Origin: Octopus bimaculoides
Lineage: Eukaryota
Length of the DNA stretch: 64,000 nucleotides
Assembly (NCBI RefSeq): GCF_001194135.2
Contig: NC_068987.1
Coordinates: 13,275,980-13,339,979 of the forward strand
Direction: 5' to 3'
A model generated the notes under the pieces. That model was given only the letters and a program-made list of their open reading frames with translations. It ran no database searches and was not told the origin of the DNA. Both the position numbers and the translations under genes were made by a program. This document shows, one piece after another, positions 1 to 64,000 of the stretch. Each line of letters begins with the position of its first letter. Position 1 is the first letter of the stretch.

Positions 1-375
1 GGCAGAATCGTTAGCATGCCAGGTGAAATGTTTAACAGTATTTCACTTGTCTTCACGTTCTGAGTTCAAATGCCGCTAGGGTCAATTTTGCCTTTCATTC
101 TTTCAGGGTCAGTAAATCAAGTACCAGTTACGCACTGCGGTCGATGCAATTGACTGAATCCCTTCTCCCAAATTTGAGGCCTTGTGTTTCCAGTAGAAAG
201 GATTATAACAATTGAACTTGGTCTCTGTTCAAATCTCACTGAAGTCATGTTTGCTTTTATCCTTCTGGAATCAAAAAATAAAATAAAATATAGTCAAGTA
301 CTGGAATCAATGTAAATGGTCAATACCCTACTTCCCCTAAAATTTCTGGCACCATACCAAAATTTGAAACAATTC

Positions 376-590
376 GAGCTGGCAGAATCGTTAGCACGCC
401 AGGCGTAATGCTTAGCAGTATTGCGTCTGCTGCTACGTTCTGAGTTCAAATTCCGCTGCGGTTGACTTTGCCTTTCATCCTTTCGGGGTCGATTAAATAA
501 GTACCAGTTACGCACTGGGGTCGATGTAATCAACTTAGTCCCTTTGTCTGTCCTTGTTTGTTCCCTCTGTGTTTAGCTTCCATCTACCAA
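376..590 (+). mobile_element. tRNA-derived SINE family B (representative copy)
   Basis: gagctggcagaatcgttagcacgcc...gagttcaaattccgc...ctttcatcctttcggggtcgat. Other copies are at 1, 7857, 18215, 31500, 34935, 36475..37330 and 63175 (+) and 15090..15245, 31260..31460, 62335..63005 (-). Confidence 0.8.
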
Positions 591-737
591 ATCCTTTCAC
601 AAGGCTTTCTCAACCCAGGGCTATAGTGGAAAACATTTTCTTAAGGAGCCATGCAGTGGGGGAGCCTGAAACCAATCAGCCACCTCTGCACCTTCAACCA
701 TATCCAGTATAAAATATGTATTGGTTATATTCTAAGA

Positions 738-886
738 CAGACATGGGTGACCTTTTCTGAGAAGCGGGCCAAATGAGACATGGTTCGCCATCAGGTAGGC
801 CACACTACTTGTAAAAAAATTCAAGTCAACTTTTCATCAGGCATGCCATTCAGAAAGCCCCACAGGCTACAGATTGCCCATGGCTG
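738..886. mobile_element. hAT-type MITE
   Basis: TIRs cagacatgggtga / ttgcccatggctg, a CAG..ATGGG terminus typical of Charlie-like hATs. TSD is degenerate. Confidence 0.5.
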
Positions 887-2867
887 GTCCAGGATCAGAT
901 TAATGATCTTAAAACTTTTCACTGCGATAAAGATCACAAAAACTAGTTTGTATTAGAATCTTGTTATTTACAATTGGCTTCGTGATTGGAGATAATTTTA
1001 ATGTATGGATTACAATTTTTAAAAAATGATTTTCTTTTATCAATTTCATCCAGTCATTTTAGATATTAAGACTACAGATATCACTAGAAGCGAGCCACAA
1101 AAAGCTAATCCCTACCACCACTAAATTTTTAATCCTTCCACATAGAAAATGATTAAGCCTTAATCTTATACACAAATGATTTAGTATCTATTTTAATTAT
1201 ATGTTATTAATCATTTCTTTGTTGCATTTTTTAATAGATTTCTTTCACAATATAAATACACACACACACACACACATTTATTTATTTATTTATTTATGTG
1301 TTTCAGTCATTAGACTGTGACCATGCTGGGGCACTGCCTTGAAGAATTTTTAGTCAAGTGTCTCAACCCCTGTACTTATTTTTATAAGCCTGGTACTTAT
1401 TCTGTCAGACTCTTTTGCTGAACCACTAAGTTACAGGGACGTAAATACACTAACACCAGTTGTCAAGCAGCAGTGAGGAGATAAACATAGACACAAACAC
1501 ACACACGTATAATTACCAACAGGGCAAATTTTAGCCATTTCTCCACAGACTGAAAAATGATGAACAACCTTAATCGATTTCCGAACCTTATTGGGTTCTC
1601 ATCAGAGGCATCCACATCATTTTGACAGTCTCCAGAGAAACAAACAACCAAACTGTTTATATACTCAACAAATGCAGCAGTCATTCTATGAAGGAGTCCC
1701 TAATTTGCATACCGAAAGTGTTTAACACTCTATAGATACCAGTGGCCTGTCAACAGGAATCTTAGTCCACATAGTATCAAGGTATGATATAATATACATA
1801 TATATATGATAGGCTTCTTTCAGTTTCCATCTACCAGATCCACTCAAGGCTTTGGTCGGTCTGGGACTATAGTAGAAGATGCTTGCTCAAGGTGTCACAC
1901 AGTAGGATTGAATCTGGAACTATGTGGTTGGGAAGCAGTCTTTTGTTTTTTCTTTTTTAAAGCAAATTTTAAAACCTCGCCACAAAGTCTCCACTCACAC
2001 AACTGGTGCATAGTTTGTCATCTTAATTCTTTTCCACTCGAAACACATTTCGTATAAACTTGACTAATTATGTACATTTAGAGTAATCAACCTTCTGAGT
2101 GATAATGGAATATGTAACAGTTGATGTTGGTGACGGTGATGGTGGTGGTGATGGGGTTGGTGATGATGATGGTGGTGGTTTAAGTAGTGGTAGTAGTGGT
2201 ACATTTTTTTTCAGCTATCTTGAAAACATCTGAACCACTCGTACACTTGTGTACAGCTCATACACTCCTCTCCATATACTTTCTGCAACTTTGCATAGGG
2301 CTCTGAGTAGGTATCGGTGCCATGACAACTTTCTCTGTCATGGTCAATGCAACAATCACACACTACACACCTTCCTTCCAAGCACTGCTGTAAACAGTGG
2401 AAATGAGCTAAAACGTTAAAACTTGAACACTAAAACTAAAACATTAAAATTAGAATGCATGCACGGGAGAGTTCAAGGTCAATCTTTGCCGAGCGGCTTC
2501 GTTCTGCATGCTTTAGCTTCGTTACTATGGCAACAGTCCGGTTACTTATTGATCAGACCTCATATAATATGTATATAGGAAATTGTACCATTTGTTGAAT
2601 GAGTTACTGTTCTGTATACATACTTCATTATACATACTGCTTTCCAAGAAATATTTCATAAAATTATCTATTCATTAAATCCTGTGGGTGTGGTAAACCT
2701 TGGTACAGATGTTGAGGTTTTGGTTTTTAAAACTATAGATAGCAACAGGATAATAAAAGGCTATATTTCTATAAATATTGTCAGATTCCATCATTTAAAT
2801 TTTAAATCATTCTCTGCTCCTGAAATTAATAAGGATGGGACAGTCATATTTGAGTTTCATTTTTGTG

Positions 2868-2916
<49 letters not shown>

Positions 2917-4735
2917 ATCCATCCCTATATCTATAACAACATGAAATTCTATCTGTCTGTTTGTCCGGGATCCCTGTATCTGAGTCTACATTTGCTCTAC
3001 ATAGACANNNNNNNNNNNNNNNNNNNNNNNNNNNNNNNNNNNNNNNNNNNNNNNNNNNNNNNNNNNNNNNNNNNNNNNNNNNNNNNNNNNNNNNNNNNNN
3101 NNNNNNNNNNNNNNNNNNNNNNNNNNCCCCCCCCCCAGCTGGACGGGACGCCAGTCCATCGCAGCTTTACTCAAGAAACAGTGATAAAAAGTTGGGGTGA
3201 AAGAGTACAACAGGGGTCACCCCACCCCCCTTGCCGGAGCCTTGTGGAGCTTTAGGTGTTTTCGCTCAATAAACACACACACAACACCCGGTCTGGGAAT
3301 CGAAACCACGATCCTCCAACCGCAAGTCCTCTGCCCTAACCACTGGGCCATTGCACCTCCACCTACATAGACATATACCTTTTTAGAATCAGGATGATCC
3401 TGGGATTGAAAATTTGCTCTTCATTTGGTTCTTGAACATCCAGCATTGGAATCAGGTCTGGATGAGGATTTGTTATATGCTAACAGGTGAAAATTCAAAC
3501 TTTAAAAGAACTCCAAAAATTTATGAACTTATAGGTTTTACCTTTAATCTGAATTTAAAGTAAGACCATATTGGTAGGGTACCAATAAATGCTTTGTTAT
3601 TATTGTTCATTTTAGTTTTGGACTGCAGGTCTAATTAGACCCCTGCAAGAGCTAACTTAAAAGTCCACACAGAGTGTAGCTTTTAAGCTACTATATATAT
3701 GTGTGTGTATGTATAGTATCTTATCTTGTATATTAATGTCACACACAATATGTGTATAGGAAATTCTACAACCTGAGGTGTAGGTTGTTCTTCTATATAC
3801 ATACATGATTTCATTATACATACTGTTTTCATAAAGTTATCTGTTCTGTAATTCTGTAAATCCAGTGGTTGTGTGAGTGTCTGCATAATGACCGGCTAAC
3901 TCGGTTTCATTTGACCCAGACAGGACATGTCCCTATCATCAGTTATTCAAAGTCGGAGTAAATGGGATTTTAAAAGAAATTTAAACAACTTCTGGGTAAG
4001 AGTGTTTAGGCCTCCATTGTCATTTCAGGTCATGTTGGTGTTTTAACTTAGAGACATTAGCTGTTTCATTACTTACTCCGCGTGGCACAAATTAGTTGGT
4101 ATTCTTGTAGAGTGTAACATTTCAATGACATCTGTTATTTTATTGTGCGCTCAACATAGAGCATACATAGTGTTTGTTAGTATGTTCTTCCTAGTTCCAA
4201 CTACTTCACAGAATGTACTTGGTCTATTATATCCTAGCATCAACAATAGAGAGGCTGTGTTGTTCCCAGAAGTACTAAAGGGTTTATTCTTCTCTGCATT
4301 GTCTCTTTATCTAAGGCACAGGTTCTCAACCAGGGTCCATATAAGATTTCATTGTTAAAATTTATGTGTAATAAATTGATACTGCTTGCACTGGCTATGT
4401 GGTAAGAAGCTTGCTTCTTACTCACATGGTTCTAGGTTCAGACCCACTGCATGCGCAAGTATCTTCTACTATAGCCTTGGGCCAACCAAAGCCTTGTGAG
4501 TGGATTTGGGGGCACAGTAACTGAAAGAAACCTGTCTGGGGTTGGTCAGATTGGAGCAATATCGAGAATAACCAGCCGAAATTGCAAGGATAATCTGGAT
4601 CTCGACTGAAGAAAGAAAACTCCGAACGACCAGTTCGTGTTTTCTTTGTATTGTCTATCTGGATGTTTTGTCCCTTTCTTGTATCACCTAACTGTCTGGA
4701 TGTTTTGCGTTCTTGTCCCATCTGTATTATTTATA

Positions 4736-4788
<53 letters not shown>

Positions 4789-4894
4789 ACTTGGGGATGG
4801 TCATATTGCCAGTTTAGCCAATAAAAACACACACACTGTATATTTGGTGTTAATTTGCTTCAGCTTTATATTACATTAATCTTAATCTTATTTC

Positions 4895-4939
4895 GGCCAG
4901 AGTTCTTTCGTCACACTTCTGTGACCTCATCAGTGGTCC
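4895..4939 (-). ncRNA. Minimal type I hammerhead ribozyme-like motif, probably from a Penelope pLTR
   Basis: Minus strand reads ggacca-CTGATGA-g-gtcaca gaag tgtgac-GAAA-gaacTC-tggcc. Core boxes are intact with a 6-bp stem II, a very short stem III and a partial stem I. Confidence 0.6.
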
Positions 4940-6361
4940 TTTGTTTCCTTCCTTCTTATGTGTGTCTCACCTTGCTAACTATCAGCCATTTTGTATTTTG
5001 TATTCCTATTGTATGTGTCTACGCATGCGTGTCCTTCAATGTGTCTGTGTCTTTTGTAAGTGCATGTGTGTATGGGGAGTGTCTGTATCACCTATATTCT
5101 CTGTTAATACGTGTTCGTTTGTATTTGTTTTTATTTATTTATTTGTTCATGTGTGTGTGTGTTTTGTTTTGTTTTCTTTGTGTTTAATTAAATTTTGTTA
5201 ACGTATGTAGTATTTAATTCCATTTGTTTATCTATGTATTGTATTATACTTTGTTCATATTATTATTGGTTTATGGGTAACATGTTGTCACATGCTGTGG
5301 TTTGTGGTTTGTTAGTGGTGTGTGTTAGTGTTCCATTCTAGTTTCCTATTCAGGCTAGGTTTCTCTTCTATTATGTGTGTAGCTTNNNNNNNNNNNNNNN
5401 NNNNNNNNNNNNNNNNNNNNNNNNNNNNNNNNNNNNNNNNNNNNNNNNNNNNNNNNNNNNNNNNNNNNNNNNNNNNNNNNNNNNNNNNNNNNNNNNNNNN
5501 NNNNNNNNNNNNNNNNNNNNNNNNNNNNNNNNNNNNNNNNNNNNNNNNNNNNNNNNNNNNNNNNNNNNNNNNNNNNNNNNNNNNNNNNNNNNNNNNNNNN
5601 NNNNNNNNNNNNNNNNNNNNNNNNNNNNNNNNNNNNNNNNNNNNNNNNNNNNNNNNNNNNNNNNNNNNNNNNNNNNNNNNNNNNNNNNNNNNNNNNNNNN
5701 NNNNNNNNNNNNNNNNNNNNNNNNNNNNNNNNNNNNNNNNNNNNNNNNNNNNNNNNNNNNNNNNNNNNNNNNNNNNNNNNNNNNNNNNNNNNNNNNNNNN
5801 NNNNNNNNNNNNNNNNNNNNNNNNNNNNNNNNNNNNNNNNNNNNNNNNNNNNNNNNNNNNNNNNNNNNNNNNNNNNNNNNNNNNNNNNNNNNNNNNNNNN
5901 NNNNNNNNNNNNNNNNNNNNNNNNNNNNNNNNNNNNNNNNNNNNNNNNNNNNNNNNNNNNNNNNNNNNNNNNNNNNNNNNNNNNNNNNNNNNNNNNNNNN
6001 NNNNNNNNNNNNNNNNNNNNNNNNNNNNNNNNNNNNNNNNNNNNNNNNNNNNNNNNNNNNNNNNNNNNNNNNNNNNNNNNNNNNNNNNNNNNNNNNNNNN
6101 NNNNNNNNNNNNNNNNNNNNNNNNNNNNNNNNNNNNNNNNNNNNNNNNNNNNNNNNNNNNNNNNNNNNNNNNNNNNNNNNNNNNNNNNNNNNNNNNNNNN
6201 NNNNNNNNNNNNNNNNNNNNNNNNNNNNNNNNNNNNNNNNNNNNNNNNNNNNNNNNNNNNNNNNNNNNNNNNNNNNNNNNNNNNNNNNNNNNNNNNNNNN
6301 NNNNNNNNNNNNNNNNNNNNNNNNNNNNNNNNNNNNNNNNNNNNNNNNNNNNNNNNNNNNN

Positions 6362-6740
6362 TTACCACTAAGTTGATATCATCGACATATCGAGAGTACA
6401 CATTCACGAGTATGGAGTTCTGTGTCAGACGTTCCTTAAGCCTTCTGTCCCACCATACCATGAAGGGATTGGCCACATCACTGGCGATACTAACACTGAT
6501 GGCTGCCCCCTCGTCCTGGGCGTATAATTTGTTGTTAAATTTAAAGGTGTGGCCTTTTAGGGTGACCTTTATACTAGCTCCTAGTGCATGTGCGATCATT
6601 TTCTTTACCTGGTGGATGTTAGTGGGGGTCCGTATGGCTCTGGTCCATCCACTCCATCTCTCTATAGGGGTCTTCCTAGCCATAGAGGTAATTGTGGGTG
6701 GTCTACCTCTTAGACGTCTACTAGGGCAGAAATCTCTAAG
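6362..6740 (-). mobile_element. Penelope-like retroelement RT fragment, truncated by N gap
   Basis: Minus-strand frame reads HTFKFNNKLYAQDEGAAISVSIASDVANPFMVWWD...YSRYVDDINLVV. These are RT motifs 4-5 with YVDD in the spacing typical of Penelope-like RTs. Confidence 0.8.
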
Positions 6741-6791
6741 GTCATATATACAAACATACATACATACATACATACACACACATATGTACCT

Positions 6792-6859
<68 letters not shown>

Positions 6860-8101
6860 CTACATACATACATTTGTGTGTGTGTGCTTCCTCACTGTTC
6901 ATGTAGCAAATTTTATTTGCAAAGCTGTAGAAAACCCAATATCATTTATTCATGGCACAAAAGGTTTTTTTTTTATTTTTATTATTTAGATCTCTAGCTG
7001 AAAATAGAAGTTATTTATCTTCCTGTTTGAATATGTAGTTCAGTGTACAATACAGCACAGTACATTAGGAGTGCTGCAGTGTAAGAGTGGATAAAGTTGA
7101 TGTCCTGCTATGGGCGATGACCAGCGTAAGGAAAGGCTCGATGGCTAAATGGATAAGGTATCGGGTAATTTATTCAAAGTTTATGTGTTCNNNNNNNNNN
7201 TTGATGTCCTGCTATGGGCGATGACCAGCGTAAGGAAAGGCTCGATGGCTAAATGGATAAGGTATCGGGTAATTTATTCAAAGTTTATGTGTTCAAAATC
7301 TACTGTTGCTTATAATTGTTTCTGAGCTTTTTTTTTTTGCCTTCTTTTTTTTTTTTTTCGTGATTACTGGTTATATTAACTTTCAAAATGTTTTTACTCT
7401 ATCTACTAAAATCTCTACAAACATCTGACACTGGTTAAATTTTAATTATCTAAAAATCCGTCAAATCACAACCTACAGATGACTCCTATGATATTAAGAT
7501 TTTTTTTTGATGAGGAATACATGACACCAAATGAATGCAAAATTTCGGCCTACTCGTCCGAGAATGACAGGATAATATCATTAACTAGATTCCAATTCTC
7601 AATAACAATATCTCTCAAATTATCGTTTACAAATGACTATAACTCACTTCAAAGCTTGAATCATTGACTTACCTCATTCTTACAAAGAGGAAAATTATCT
7701 TATCCATGGTCGATAGCCTTCATATTTAGATTTGCTATGCCCAGTTTTATTTATAAATTGTATTTAACTGTTTGATTACAAATTCAGCTCTGCAATTTTT
7801 TTTTTTTTTCCTCACTGCATTTATCCATTATATTATTTAATTTCGTTGTGAGGCAACAAGCTGGCAGAATCATTAGCATTGCCAGACAAATGCTTAGCAG
7901 CATTTCATCCATCTTTACATTCTGAGTTCAAATTCCGTTGAGGCCAACTTTACTCTTCATTGTCTCCAGGTCAATAAAATAAGTACCAGTTGATGTGATC
8001 AACTAGACCCCTTCCCTCAAATTTCAAGTCTTGTGCCTATTATAGTATGGTTTATTTAACTTCTTTGCATTAAATATCTTGATTTTCTTTTCTTTTTCTA
8101 G

Positions 8102-61988
<53,887 letters not shown>

Positions 61989-64000
61989 GTAAGTTCTGTA
62001 ACAAACCCTTTTTTTTTTCTTTACAGATGATTGTTAGAATCAATGCATAATTGTGTTGTTTTTGTTGTGATGGGAAGGGTCTGTTTTAACCCTTTTAACA
62101 CTATCCCTAGTTCCATGTCACAAACGTCTTGTTTAACCCTTTAGCATTTAAACTGACCATATTCAGCCCAAATCTATTTTATGGTCAAACCAGTCATATC
62201 TGGCTTTACAGACATACCCTACAATGTTCATTCTAAAAAATAAACAACTACATCATTGAAATCTTGACGGAATAATTCTGTGTTAATTTATGTTCCAAAT
62301 CTTAGTTTGATAATCTTTTGTATTGAAGGAACAAGGCCCTGAAATTTTGGGCAAGGGGACTAGTCGATTACATCGACCCCAGTGTTTCACTGGTACTTAA
62401 TTTATTGAGCCTGAAAGGATGAAAGGCAAAGTCGACTTCAGCGAAATTTGAACTCAGAATATGAAGATGGACAAAATTCTTATTTCTTTATTGCCCACAA
62501 GGGGCAAAACATAGAGGAGACAAACAAGGACAGACAAAGGGATTAAGTCGATTACATCAACCCCAGTGCGTAACTGGTACTTAATTTATCTACCCCGAAA
62601 GGATGAAAGGCAAAGTCGACCTCGGTGGAATTTGAACTCAGAACGTAACGGCAGACGAAATACCACTAATCATTTCACCCGGCGTGCTAACGTTTCTGCC
62701 AGCTCGCCGCCTTCTATGGACAAAGTTCTGCTAAGCATTTCGCCCGACGTGCCAACAATTCTACCTGCTCGCTGACTTAAACCTTAGTTTAATAATGGTT
62801 TCAAATTTTGCCACAAGAGCAGCAATTTGGGAGAAAGGGATGAGTCGATTACATTGACCCGTGATTCACTGGTACTTATTTTATCGACCCTGAAAGGATG
62901 AAAGGCAAAGTCGACCTTGGCAGAATTTGAACTCAGAACATAGAAATGAGCGAAATATCACTGAGCATTTCATCCTGCATGCTGACGATTCTCCCAGCTT
63001 GCCACCTTAAAGACCTTAGTTTAATAATGACAGTTATTTTACTAAATTTTTCAGTATTTAAAAAAAAAATCTTTGTTGGGATTAGATTATGAGAATGATA
63101 TTGTGACATTATCAATAAGCAGAAATGTGACTGATTGAGCATACGGTTCAATGTAAAGTCAATATATAAGTCTTCAAGCTGACAGAATTGTTAGCATGCT
63201 GGGCAAAATGCTTAGTGAAATTTCGTCTGTCCTTATGTTCTAAGATCAAATTCCACCAAGGTCAACTTTGCTTTTCATTATTTCAGGATCAATAAAATAA
63301 ATACCAGTTGAACACCTTAAAATTTCTGGAAAGGAAGTATATGTATATCCTCACTTTCTTTAGAAATTTCCATAAAAAATTTAACACACAACGGGACTGC
63401 ACTAGTTTACAATTATATTTCAAAAGAGGCACAATGCCGGCTGGCATTGTATCAGAAAAAATGCGTAATAAACTCTTGTATAAAATTACCTTCTGCTTAA
63501 TTAAAATTACTGAAGCATTTGTTAAACATTATTCGATAAAGGAAGCACTAAGCTAAAAAAAAAAAAAAAAAGAAATAACGAAGTGAAGGCGAGGGTTGTA
63601 AACCGTTAGCCATAAATTTTCACTGACCTCAGCTTGCTGGAGTTATCTCCCCTACATAATGCCGCTTTTTGTTTTTTAAAGATTATTTTTTAAGTAGTTT
63701 TCTCAGTGAGTGTTTGTCAATTAATTGCATTACATGTATGAGATAATCTGTGCCACCCACATGTTGTTATTCTAATTTTTTCATCTTTTATTGTTTCGCT
63801 TGTTTATGCGGCCGTGTGGGGTACCCCCTTGACAGGTTTTAGAGAAACAAATCAACCCTATTACTCATTTCTTAAGTCTGGTACTTATTCTATCAGTCAC
63901 TTTTCCTGAACTGCTATGTTATCGGGACATAAACAAACCAGCACCAGTTGTCAAGTCGTGGGAGAGACACACAACAAACATATATAAATATATTTCTGTT

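Noticed and set aside
1539-1781. Exon-like block with cag acceptor and aag|gtatga donor upstream of the first PI3K exon
   Set aside because: All three frames contain stops and there is no similarity to the PI3K N-terminus. It cannot be supported without RNA data.
4601-4640. CTGAAGA...GAA hammerhead-like motif on the + strand
   Set aside because: GAAA is incomplete, stem II has only 2 bp and I could not form stems I and III. At most a decayed relic.
7097-7294. Exact 94-bp tandem duplication around a 10-N gap
   Set aside because: Identical copies abutting a minimal gap indicate unmerged contig overlap, an assembly artefact.

Overview
This is a eukaryotic, AT-rich, microsatellite- and SINE-dense scaffold segment with many N gaps. 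The repeat content looks like an octopus genome (inference, no database search). Most of the window is one + strand gene, a class II phosphoinositide 3-kinase (PIK3C2A / Pi3K68D orthologue). I reconstructed 27 visible coding exons by hand (8102..61988, about 3.2 kb CDS, about 1070 aa). All visible splice sites are GT-AG and phases are consistent. The exons cover the Ras-binding domain, helical bundle, C2, helical (PIK), kinase and most of the PX domain. The N-terminus and the C-terminal C2 domain lie outside the window. Two exons and part of a third are missing and most likely sit in N gaps. Introns hold tRNA-derived SINEs, RTE, Tx1 and Penelope retroelement remnants, mariner, Tigger, hAT and piggyBac-like elements, a 5S rRNA pseudogene and several long hairpins. 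The most notable observations are a minimal hammerhead ribozyme motif downstream of a Penelope-like RT, a CpG-retaining intronic island with a perfect DR5 and clustered AGGTCA half-sites, and a tRNA-Thr(CGT)-like Pol III unit with an atypical anticodon arm. Also notable are a 190-bp perfect inverted repeat between kinase exons and a duplicated 3' splice-site region. I cannot support a claim of a wholly new biological system. No prokaryotic features or CRISPR arrays are present.
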